A DNA stretch of 38,025 nucleotides. It comes from a virus (Duplodnaviria > Caudoviricetes). Positions 1 through 7,422 of this stretch are shown one piece after another. The notes below the pieces were generated by a model that made no database searches, was not told the DNA's origin, and worked only from the letters and a program-made list of their open reading frames with translations. Numbering within the stretch: the stretch's first letter is position 1; every line of letters starts with the position of its first letter. The stretch covers positions 1-38,025 of IMG/VR virus record IMGVR_UViG_3300045410_000007; one strand, written 5' to 3'. A program made the translations under genes and the position numbers.

Positions 1-355
1 GGCTGTTGTCCCCGCTGCTGGCGTGCTTGCTGTAGTCCCCGCTGCTGGCGTGCTGGCTGTTGTACCCGCTGCTGGCGTGCTGGCTGTAGTCCCCGCTGCT
101 GGCGTGCTTGCTGTTGTACCCGCTGCTGGCGTGCTGGCTGTTGTCCCCGCTGCTGGCGTGCTTGCTGTAGTCCCCGCTGCTGGCGTGCTTGCTGTTGTCC
201 CCGCTGCTGGCGTGCTTGCTGTAGTCCCCGCTGCTGGCGTGCTGGCTGTTGTACCCGCTGCTGGCGTGCTGGCTGTTGTCCACGCTGCTGGCGTGCTGGC
301 TGTTGTACCCGCTGCTGGCGTGCTGGCTGTTGTCCCCGCTGCTGGCGTGCTGGCT
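1..355. repeat. 27-bp tandem repeat, ~13 units (GCTGTWGTMCCCGCTGCTGGCGTGCTK)
   Basis: Directly visible; minus strand encodes S-S-G-[DY]-[NY]-S-[QK]-H-A. Confidence 0.98.
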
Positions 356-703
356 ATCTATTGATGTAGGGACAATATCGGCTTTGCAGCTATCTTTGAG
401 ATAGTTAATGCAATCTGCGATGAATTCATGGAGCTTCAATTCGCATTTAACGGTCAACTCAGCAGACGCTATTTTAGAATCGTCACTATTCGTTGCAGTT
501 TCCCCTCCAACCTCGACGTATGCGAAACGAGAAGTGACGTCGTAGTAGCTCAGAACATCGAGAGGGTTTGCGCAAGAATGGAAACCTGACGCACATGCTT
601 CTACCTTACCTTCGTGTTTGTATGTCGCCCCAATCTCAAACTGGAACCCACGGCACTGCAAGTTTTCGTCAAACCCTTTGTAGTATTTCTTTTGGTCGCT
701 CAC
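1..703 (-). CDS. N-terminal part of DUF7666-like phage repeat protein (continues at 38025..37493)
   Basis: Manual translation from GTG 703: MSDQKKYYKGFDENLQCRGFQFEIGATYKHEGKVEACASGFHSCANPLDVLSYYD..., then nonapeptide repeats; AGGGG upstream; absent from the ORF track because it runs off the edge. Confidence 0.9.
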   Translation of the reverse strand, partial: MSDQKKYYKGFDENLQCRGFQFEIGATYKHEGKVEACASGFHSCANPLDVLSYYDVTSRFAYVEVGGETATNSDDSKIASAELTVKCELKLHEFIADCINYLKDSCKADIVPTSIDSQHASSGDNSQHASSGYNSQHASSVDNSQHASSGYNSQHASSGDYSKHASSGDNSKHASSGDYSKHASSGDNSQHASSGYNSKHASSGDYSQHASSGYNSQHASSGDYSKHASSGDNS

Positions 704-814
704 ATCGCACCCCTATTTGGTTAATAAGTGCCGTCCAAGGCTGGAAAGGAATCTGTCGCACATCCTTCGGTCGGGCGGTTTGGTTCTGGTGGCCGCCATC
801 CATTGCTCAATCTG

Positions 815-1570
815 TGCCGTCTTTCCGGCTGTCAGTTCATGTAGCGGACATGTTCCCAACCTTGTTGGCACAGGGAGCTTTCTACCGACTCTTCCTCTCA
901 AACTGATCGGGTGGTTACATGAGCTATCAGGCTCCGTCCCATTGCCGGTTGAGTTTCATATCCTCGAATTACTTTGCGCCAACAAATTAAGTGCTTGTCT
1001 CTCTAAGCTGTTCCGTATTGCTCAATCGTCAGTAGTCAGGTGGCCGGTAGTGAATTTCCGGCTTGGTGCAATCGTCGCCAAGGTCGATATTCCGAACGTC
1101 TAGCTCGCTCTCGCATCACCACTGCGCATTCACCTGATTACTGACGACTGCTTGTTAGGTGCTGGCAACCGCTCATATTGCCCTTGCTTAGATGCGCCTG
1201 AACGGCAAGGATAGATTCATTGCCAGCATTTACTGCAACAACTCAAACCGTCTTGCAAGTTACGTTCTGCCTTTGCTGCCTTATAATGGATAGTAGTGAG
1301 ATTGGCTAGGGCCGGATTTGAACCAGCTCGGGAGATCATCCTCTATATTCCGTACATGGAGCGACCATGCAACCAACCAACCTCCTGCTATCCACTACAT
1401 TTACATTCTCGCTACCGTGTGGCCTTACCGTAGTTACGCCACTTCACTTTGACCGCGATTCAGACTAACGCTACTTGCCGGTACTTTAGGAATCTAAGAG
1501 CTGCTCTGCGATTCCATGCTCAATCCGTCGTTCGCTGCTGCTGGCCTGCCGGTTCGGCACTGCACCGCCG
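815..1570 (-). ncRNA. Long structured leftward leader containing several stem-enclosed RNA modules
   Basis: No convincing ORF; long imperfect inverted repeats at 862-985, 1023-1150, 1160-1228 and 1283-1398; hairpin GCCG-GAAAGA-CGGC near 816-829. Confidence 0.6.
1283..1398 (-). ncRNA. tRNA-like element with canonical T-arm inside a long stem
   Basis: GCTGG-TTCAAAT-CCGGC T-arm and closing stem TTGGTTGG/CTAGCCAA, but non-canonical D and anticodon arms. Confidence 0.55.
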
Positions 1571-1579
1571 ATGTGAAGC

Positions 1580-1608
1580 ATCATGACATAACGTATGGCG
1601 TTGCGCAA
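1580..1608 (-). promoter_or_regulatory. Leftward sigma70-type promoter (PL-like)
   Basis: TTGCGC-17 bp-CATGAT with TG extension. Confidence 0.55.
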
Positions 1609-1622
1609 GCGGAAAATGCAAC

Positions 1623-1651
1623 TTGTTGAATGGTGCAATATATGGCATCAT
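1623..1651 (+). promoter_or_regulatory. Rightward promoter (PR-like), probably giving a leaderless mRNA
   Basis: TTGTTG-17 bp-CATCAT, ATG 7 nt downstream, no Shine-Dalgarno. Confidence 0.5.
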
Positions 1652-1657
1652 ATCAAC

Positions 1658-1849
1658 ATGAATAAACGCAAACTAATCGAATATCTTGGCGGCACATGCG
1701 AGAAGGCCGCGTATAAGCTCGGCTACGCATCCGACAATGCGCGCAACAACATCCAGCGCCTGAGCAACCCGCTGACTAAGCGCCAGGTGCAGACGATCAC
1801 AATGAGGATGAAGGCCAATCGGATAAAGATACCGAAGGATTGGGCATAA
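1658..1849 (+). CDS. Cro-like small DNA-binding protein
   Basis: 63 aa basic protein MNKRKLIEYLGGTCEKAAYKLGY..., first gene of the rightward operon. Confidence 0.7.
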   Translation: MNKRKLIEYLGGTCEKAAYKLGYASDNARNNIQRLSNPLTKRQVQTITMRMKANRIKIPKDWA

Positions 1850-1967
1850 CGACTAGGTAACAGGCAGGCTTACTAAAACACTTTAAACGAAGAACCGAAC
1901 CATGAGTACGCTCTACATTGGGAAGAAATCACTTATCGGCCTGTCCTTGTTGACCGTATGGTTAGGG
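1844..1967 (-). mobile_element. attC-like site 1 (long loop)
   Basis: Minus strand: CCCTAAC-CATAC-GGTCAAC-AAGGACAGGC...GCCTGCCT-GTTACC-TAGTC-GTTATGC. Confidence 0.75.
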
Positions 1968-2159
1968 GGTTGCGGATCTGCATCTCCTTGGCAGGGTGCA
2001 GGAGCACTTTATATTTTTGATCATGGCGTATCGCGTTGTGTAAATGTTACCGAGGTAACTTTTAATAGCTCTAATTCTACGGATTATGTGGCACAAGATG
2101 GACGGAAATATTTGGCGCGTGAGCCTGTAGCGTATTACGCAGGGGAGCAGTGCAAATGA
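1902..2159 (+). CDS. Predicted lipoprotein
   Basis: Basic N-terminus, hydrophobic stretch, lipobox LGGC. Confidence 0.7.
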   Translation: MSTLYIGKKSLIGLSLLTVWLGGCGSASPWQGAGALYIFDHGVSRCVNVTEVTFNSSNSTDYVAQDGRKYLAREPVAYYAGEQCK

Positions 2160-2183
2160 TTACCAATAACCTGATTAATCAGG

Positions 2184-2340
2184 GCTAACAATCTGAATCA
2201 CTGAAGCGCAGTGCATAAGAACGCCATGGCCTTCAGAGAGCAAGCGGGCAGTGATTCAGATTGTTGGTGCATCCGAATCGGTGCGGTATCCAGCGCAAGA
2301 GCTTGCGCGCTCTGGTATGTAGAGGCCAGACACCAACAAC
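2184..2340 (+). ncRNA. Structured RNA (17-bp perfect stem overlapping a cloverleaf) upstream of a terminator
   Basis: AACAATCTGAATCACTG/CAGTGATTCAGATTGTT; TTGTTGGTG/CACCAACAA enclosing three hairpins. Confidence 0.5.
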
Positions 2341-2363
2341 CTACACTCCCTCCCTGGAGCTTT

Positions 2364-2392
2364 GACCTGCACAAGTTGCAGGTCTTTTTTTT
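2364..2392 (+). terminator. Rho-independent terminator (tR1-like)
   Basis: GACCTGCA-caagt-TGCAGGTC followed by T8. Confidence 0.9.
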
Positions 2393-2396
2393 CCTA

Positions 2397-2424
2397 TTGC
2401 AAATCTTCCAGCTATCGCTATAAT
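2397..2424 (+). promoter_or_regulatory. sigma70 promoter for replication genes
   Basis: TTGCAA-16 bp-TATAAT. Confidence 0.75.
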
Positions 2425-2450
2425 CATTTTGCGCTGAACTGCGCCCCGAC

Positions 2451-2590
2451 GTGAGAATCGGGAATAAGTGATTGGGATAGATTCTCCTGCCGCATGGCTT
2501 CTGGTCTGTCCCGTTATTCAAAACCGCAACGGTCAGCCCAATCCACGGACTCTCACCGGATCAGAGGCCAGCCGACAGGAGAATCAATTG
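2451..2590 (+). promoter_or_regulatory. Structured 5' leader sequestering the RBS
   Basis: GATTCTCCTG (2480) pairs with CAGGAGAATC (2576), which contains the SD; a second, crossing helix pairs 2451-2476 with 2537-2556. Confidence 0.65.
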
Positions 2591-2794
2591 CACTCAGCAA
2601 ACCTTGATAGATCATCGCGCCTACAGCGCGTTTTAAGCGTACTTAAAGACGGAAATCCGCACACCACTAGAGACATCATCCGCAAAGCTTCTGTATGCGC
2701 CGTAAACTCGATAATCAGCGAGTTGCTGGATAACGGCATTCAGATTGAGTGCCAGCGTTTTGGAAGTAAGTGGTCGTATTGGATTGCGAGCTAG
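2588..2794 (+). CDS. Small winged-helix DNA-binding protein
   Basis: TTG start after AGGAG; RLQRVLSVLKDGNPHTTRDII...NSIISELLDNGIQIEC pattern. Confidence 0.7.
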   Translation: MHSANLDRSSRLQRVLSVLKDGNPHTTRDIIRKASVCAVNSIISELLDNGIQIECQRFGSKWSYWIAS

Positions 2795-2796
2795 CT

Positions 2797-3465
2797 ATGC
2801 GCTACAAAATAGCAAATTGGGAAGAACACCAGCACTACAAAGACCGTTGCCCGCCTTGGATAAAGCTCCATAATTCAATGCTTACGTCAGAAGTGTGGGT
2901 GATGGGAACCGATCAAACTCGTACGCTAGCAATTGCTTGCATGCTGCTAGCGGCACGCGACAAAGCAAACGACGGAACGTTTAATGGCGACCCTGAATAC
3001 GTCAAGCGGTTCGGCTATCTGAATACAAAACCTGATTTTAAGCAGTTGATTGAATACGGATTTATTCTTGTGTTGCAAGACGCTAGCAAAGTGCTAGCAG
3101 AATGCAACACAGAGAAGAGTAGAGAAGAGACAGAGAAGAGTAGAGAAGAGACAGAGAAGGGTAGAGGAGAGGTAGAGAATAGTGCGTCGGCATTCGCCTT
3201 GCCGGATTGGATTGACTCCGACAACTGGAATTTGTGGATTAAGACCCGCAAGGGAAAAAAGATGCTGCCTGAGCAAATGCAGGCACAGGTAGAAAAGCTG
3301 CGAAAGTGGAAAGATGCTGGTTTGCCATACGCGCAGTCGCTTGCTGATTCCGCTTCAAATGGCTGGCAGGGATTGTTTGAGCCAAAGACAGCTTGGCAAA
3401 AACCAACCGCTTCACCAGAAAACTTTCAAGATCGAGACTACGGCGAAGGAGTTACCAAGCTATGA
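2797..3465 (+). CDS. Phage replication initiator (lambda O-analogue)
   Basis: NWEEHQHYKDRCPPWIKLH N-terminus, NGWQGLF C-terminal motif, internal repeats, upstream of DnaC-like gene. Confidence 0.8.
   Translation: MRYKIANWEEHQHYKDRCPPWIKLHNSMLTSEVWVMGTDQTRTLAIACMLLAARDKANDGTFNGDPEYVKRFGYLNTKPDFKQLIEYGFILVLQDASKVLAECNTEKSREETEKSREETEKGRGEVENSASAFALPDWIDSDNWNLWIKTRKGKKMLPEQMQAQVEKLRKWKDAGLPYAQSLADSASNGWQGLFEPKTAWQKPTASPENFQDRDYGEGVTKL
3074..3180. repeat. Probable replication origin: GCTAGC iteron-like motifs plus 3 x 21-bp purine-rich repeat
   Basis: GCTAGCA twice at 3082-3099 (GCTAGC also twice at ~2926-2951); ACAGAGAAGAGTAGAGAAGAG at 3109 and 3130, degenerate copy at 3151. Confidence 0.7.
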
Positions 3466-4283
3466 ATAACGAAAACAGTTTTGCAATGGAAGAAGATGAG
3501 CCGGTATCGCTGGCTAAAGTGAAACTGATGATGATTGATCCGATACCACGCAAATCAACCTGCGAAACGCATGGAGAGTTTGATAGCCGCAACGTATGCG
3601 GTTCGGTGTGGACTAAATGCCCTGCATGCTCTGCGATTGAAAAGGAAAATTCCAAGCGCGCAGAGATGGACAGAGAATCAGCAGAAAAGCATCGACAATG
3701 GGAACGAAGGCTAGGAGAGTCTGGTATTCCTGTTCGCTTCACGGATCGCACATTGGATAAATTCGAAGCGAAAAACGAAGGCCAGAAAAGCGCGCATGCT
3801 TTCGCGACTGAGTTCGCGGAAAAGTTCGGAGAAGTTTTAAAGTCTGGGCGCAGCGCGATATTTTGCGGAAAGCCGGGTACTGGGAAAACGCACTTGTCCG
3901 TAGGAATCGGACTTTCAGTAATGAATCGAGGTGGAATCGTGCTGTTCACCACGGTGCAACGCATGATGCGCAGAATCAAGGACGCATGGCGCAAGGACTC
4001 GGACGAGTCTGAAAGCGATGTTGTGTCGCTGTTTTCGTCCCCTGACTTGCTGATTATCGACGAGATCGGGGTACAGTTCGGGAGCGACTTTGAGCGAAAT
4101 GCGATGTTCGATGTGCTAAACGAGCGATACGAAAACAGACTGCCGACGCTGCTGCTTTCTAACCTATCTCCAAGCGAGGTAAAAGTTTTTCTAGGCGAGC
4201 GTATCTTCGACAGATTGCGTGAAGATGGCGGGGCTTGTGTGCCGTTTAATTGGGATAGCTATAGGGGATTGGAAGCACAATGA
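3462..4283 (+). CDS. DnaC/IstB-like ATPase (helicase loader)
   Basis: Zn motif CETHG...CPAC, Walker A GKPGTGKT, Walker B LLIIDE, DRLRE. Confidence 0.92.
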   Translation: MNNENSFAMEEDEPVSLAKVKLMMIDPIPRKSTCETHGEFDSRNVCGSVWTKCPACSAIEKENSKRAEMDRESAEKHRQWERRLGESGIPVRFTDRTLDKFEAKNEGQKSAHAFATEFAEKFGEVLKSGRSAIFCGKPGTGKTHLSVGIGLSVMNRGGIVLFTTVQRMMRRIKDAWRKDSDESESDVVSLFSSPDLLIIDEIGVQFGSDFERNAMFDVLNERYENRLPTLLLSNLSPSEVKVFLGERIFDRLREDGGACVPFNWDSYRGLEAQ

Positions 4284-4663
4284 GAAAGCGCGGAAAGAAG
4301 CATAGCCATTTAGCTGTCGTGCCGCGGGGTGCTAAACGCAACAGATACGAAATAGACGCACGCGCTGCATTGCTGGCAATGGAGAACGATTGCGCAAATC
4401 AGCAGCACCTGGTTGACCTGTACTGCCTAGCCAAGTTGTGCGACGAGTTGTCCCCTCCGCTGATGATGCACATTAAGCAGCATTGCGCTTCGGTGCGCCG
4501 GCTGTGCGACGAAATCCACGAGGCGGAGTACATCTGCACGGGATTGCGCTATGCCGCGATGCAGTCGAGCGCAAATCTTCTGCTGGACTGGTTCCACCTA
4601 CAGCCGAATGCGTCCATCGCACGTATCGCGCTGCGCATGGTGGCGAAAATTGAAGCTGTGTAA
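4280..4663 (+). CDS. Hypothetical phage protein
   Basis: ATGA overlap with the previous gene, 127 aa. Confidence 0.7.
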   Translation: MRKRGKKHSHLAVVPRGAKRNRYEIDARAALLAMENDCANQQHLVDLYCLAKLCDELSPPLMMHIKQHCASVRRLCDEIHEAEYICTGLRYAAMQSSANLLLDWFHLQPNASIARIALRMVAKIEAV

Positions 4664-4665
4664 AA

Positions 4666-5706
4666 ATGAAAATACTGCTTATTGATGTTGACTCAACAAT
4701 ACCGAACTTAGCTCTTATGAAGCTATCTAGTTACCACAAAACTATTGGCGACGAAGTTGAGTTATTGGTACTTGGGATTTCGTACTATCCAGACCAGAGA
4801 ACAAAGAGGATGGTTGGAATAGATGGATTCGACAAGGTGTATGTTTCTGCTATTTTCAAAGGGTCAATTGACTTTGTTGAATTTGATATGTTTTCGGACG
4901 TGAGCAAAATTGTTTTTGGTGGAACTGGGATAGATATTAAATCCGCTCTACCATCTGAAATTGAGGCGGCAGAACTTGATTACTCGATTTATCCAGATAA
5001 CGACACGGGGTATGGATTTATAAGTCGCGGTTGCAACAGGAAGTGCTATTTTTGCGTAGTGCCGCAAAAGGAAGGCAGGACGCGGCAGGTTGAAACAGAC
5101 CTTGAAAAGATAATCGGGAACTTTAAAAAAGTGAAGTTCATGGACAACAATTTTTTGCAACTGCCAAACCATCTTGAAATTATTGAATGGCTGGCAAAGC
5201 GAAAAATTAAATGCCAGTTTAATCAGGGATTGGATGTGCGCTTAATTACGGCTGAAAACTCTGTTGCACTATCGAAGCTTAACTATATTGGCGAGTACAT
5301 ATTTGCATTTGATGATTGGAAATACAGGAGATTCATTGAGCGTCAAATGTTGTTGCTTAAATGGATAAGGCCGTGGGGCGCAAAGTTTTTTGTCTATGTT
5401 CACCCGGATATGGAATTGTATGAAACTGTGCGGCGGATTGAGTTTTTGCGTGAGCGCGAATTACTGCCTTACGTTATGCGCGACTCATCGTGTTGGAACT
5501 CGTCAAACAATGATTTTTACGTTGATATAGCTGCATACGCGAATCAACCGTCTTTCTTTAAAAAAATGGATTTTCATACTTTTTTAACGAAGCGACACGT
5601 TAATGATTTATCGAGAATTGAATTATCATCATCGCTATATAATTCTGGATTAAGTGATCAGGTTGCGGCTATCGACGAATCGGATGAAATCCATAATGCA
5701 CAATAG
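4666..5706 (+). CDS. Radical SAM protein
   Basis: SRGCNRKCYFC (CxxxCxxC), PNLALMKLS N-terminus, MDNNF, FNQGLD. Confidence 0.92.
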   Translation: MKILLIDVDSTIPNLALMKLSSYHKTIGDEVELLVLGISYYPDQRTKRMVGIDGFDKVYVSAIFKGSIDFVEFDMFSDVSKIVFGGTGIDIKSALPSEIEAAELDYSIYPDNDTGYGFISRGCNRKCYFCVVPQKEGRTRQVETDLEKIIGNFKKVKFMDNNFLQLPNHLEIIEWLAKRKIKCQFNQGLDVRLITAENSVALSKLNYIGEYIFAFDDWKYRRFIERQMLLLKWIRPWGAKFFVYVHPDMELYETVRRIEFLRERELLPYVMRDSSCWNSSNNDFYVDIAAYANQPSFFKKMDFHTFLTKRHVNDLSRIELSSSLYNSGLSDQVAAIDESDEIHNAQ

Positions 5707-5872
5707 CGATAGAGTCAGCCAAATACACACTGCGCACGTTTACTTGTCCGAAGCGCGGCGCAGACGCGGTCAGCAATTTCATGCGGTGCTGCTGAAATGG
5801 GCCGCGAATTGCCGCATTCGCGCATCGGCTAAATCTCATCACGATGTTGGACAAATGGAGTTATTTGCATGA
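5696..5872 (+). CDS. Hypothetical protein
   Basis: Overlaps neighbours; ends GQMELFA as many phage small proteins do. Confidence 0.6.
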   Translation: MHNSDRVSQIHTAHVYLSEARRRRGQQFHAVLLKWAANCRIRASAKSHHDVGQMELFA

Positions 5873-6093
5873 GACTTGAATCCTACCCCACCTGCAAAGC
5901 CAACCGCAAGACGCGCAAGCCTCTACGCACTGCGCTTGAACTGGCGGCAGAACACAATCTTAGCATGGCACAGCTTCGAGGCTATCTTGCCGGGAGCGAT
6001 GCGCCGAAGCCGGAGATGGTCAACCGGCGCGGCGGCTGCTATTACGAGCCTGTCGCATTCCGCAAGTGGATTGAAAAAAAGTTGCCGAATTGA
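5869..6093 (+). CDS. Small excisionase/AlpA-like HTH protein
   Basis: TALELAAEHNLSMAQLRGYL...APKP...YYEPVAFRKW. Confidence 0.6.
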   Translation: MRLESYPTCKANRKTRKPLRTALELAAEHNLSMAQLRGYLAGSDAPKPEMVNRRGGCYYEPVAFRKWIEKKLPN

Positions 6094-6177
6094 GCTATAA
6101 CTTGTAGCAATAATTTGTTGCTTGGTGTAGAGTGTCGGAACGCTAAGATGGCGCTTATTTGATTTGGAGGTATTGCG

Positions 6178-6609
6178 GTGAGCGACAAGCGAGTATATTT
6201 TCTGGTGCATGAAACGGCGCGAAAGCTCGCAGCCGCACAGTGCCAGCTTGCACCAGATGGGTACGTTTGCCGTATCGAGCTGCCAGGTAGGACGCTGGAT
6301 CAAAACGCCTACCAATGGCCGTACCTGGAAGGATTCTCGAAGCAACTGCAATGGCCGGTAAACGGCGTGATGTGCTGGCTGTCGTCGGACGAGTGGAAGG
6401 ACATCCTCACGGCGGCATTCGAGAAGGAGACAGAGCCGCGCCTTGCTGCCGGATTCGATGGCGGGATTGTGATGCTGGGTCGCAGAACTTCCAAATTTGG
6501 GAAAAAGAAGTTCGCAGACTGGATGGAATGGCTGATGGCCGCAGCGGCGATCAAGGGAATTGAGCCTGTGTTCAAAAATGGGCAGCACAAGCGATGGGGC
6601 GAGCAATGA
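6178..6609 (+). CDS. ninB: NinB-like recombination protein
   Basis: RTLDQNA..WP.L, DEWKDILTA, G.VMLGRRTSK motifs; GGAGG RBS. Confidence 0.88.
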   Translation: MSDKRVYFLVHETARKLAAAQCQLAPDGYVCRIELPGRTLDQNAYQWPYLEGFSKQLQWPVNGVMCWLSSDEWKDILTAAFEKETEPRLAAGFDGGIVMLGRRTSKFGKKKFADWMEWLMAAAAIKGIEPVFKNGQHKRWGEQ

Positions 6610-6699
6610 GCGCGCAAGACATCAAGATGGTCAAGGAATTCAACACTTTGAACGAGGACAAAGCATGAACAAAAAACAAAACGACGAGACGACCACTGT

Positions 6700-6733
6700 A
6701 GCGGCCTGTCCGCCCTGGAGCGGCGGGTTGTAC
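6700..6733 (-). mobile_element. attC-like half site (R''/L'' arm only)
   Basis: Minus strand GTACAAC-CCGCC-GCTCCAG-GGCGGAC; partner arm not found. Confidence 0.45.
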
Positions 6734-6759
6734 GGCGCGGTTGATACGGAGAACGAGAC

Positions 6760-7128
6760 ATGAGCCTATTTTGCGATGCCGGCGGATACGACACGGACGG
6801 CGCGGATTGGTGGTGGTATCAGCCGGCCGACGAAGCGCCGCTGGCAACGAAGCGCAGCCGCAAATGCTGTTCCTGCGGTGCAAAAGTCGGCGTTGGCGAG
6901 ACGGCGCGAAAAGTGCGGCGCTACCGGCCGGCGACAGAGTGGGAAGAAATACGCGGCTTCGGCGACGAAGTGCATTTGACCGACTGGTATCTGTGTGAGA
7001 CGTGCGGAGACTTGGCGGATTCGCTTTCGGAGCTTGGATTCTGCTACCACCTTGGAGACGAGAGCCTAGCGGATCAGATCGCCGAATACCGGCGCGAGGA
7101 AGCGGCGGCACGCGAGCGGCTGGCGTAA
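6760..7128 (+). CDS. Cys-rich (Zn-finger-like) hypothetical protein
   Basis: CCSC and CETC pairs. Confidence 0.75.
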   Translation: MSLFCDAGGYDTDGADWWWYQPADEAPLATKRSRKCCSCGAKVGVGETARKVRRYRPATEWEEIRGFGDEVHLTDWYLCETCGDLADSLSELGFCYHLGDESLADQIAEYRREEAAARERLA

Positions 7129-7389
7129 ATGAGAGCGATGCAAGGCATGGCTATGGATGAAAAACTGCGAGAGCAGATAAACAAAGAGCGCGCTGCTGGA
7201 ATTGCCTCAATCAAGCGGCTTGAGCAGCGCGTAGAGGAATGCGAGCGCGCATTGAAGGTGCTGCACACATGGGCAGGAGTGGAAAATGCGCTTGTACCTG
7301 AACATGTTCGTGAGCTAACAGCAAAGGCGCTGCGCATGACTCCTAACACTGAGTTAACGGGCCGAGCCGAAGGAGAAGGTCCGCGTTGA
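7129..7389 (+). CDS. Hypothetical protein, C-terminus runs into an attC-like site
   Basis: ORF track; ends MTPNTELTGRAEGEGPR inside the site. Confidence 0.65.
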   Translation: MRAMQGMAMDEKLREQINKERAAGIASIKRLEQRVEECERALKVLHTWAGVENALVPEHVRELTAKALRMTPNTELTGRAEGEGPR

Positions 7390-7403
7390 ACGCCGGGTTT
7401 GGC
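7341..7403 (-). mobile_element. attC-like site
   Basis: Minus: GCCAAAC-CCGGC-GTTCAAC...GTTAAC-TCAGT-GTTAGGA. Confidence 0.8.
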
Positions 7404-7422
7404 ATCACACTTGGAGATTAAC

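Noticed and set aside
1-355. 27-bp repeats as a CRISPR array
   Set aside because: Units are head-to-tail with no spacers, they are protein-coding, and no cas genes are present
23-364. Plus-strand ORF (VLAVVPAAG)n
   Set aside because: Antisense shadow of the repeat; the minus frame has recognisable N- and C-terminal domains and an RBS
568-1103. ORFs 568..906, 713..901 and 717..1103
   Set aside because: No RBS or recognisable motifs; they overlap a real minus-strand gene or structured RNA
1283-1398. Bona fide tRNA gene
   Set aside because: No canonical D-loop or 7-nt anticodon loop; kept only as tRNA-like
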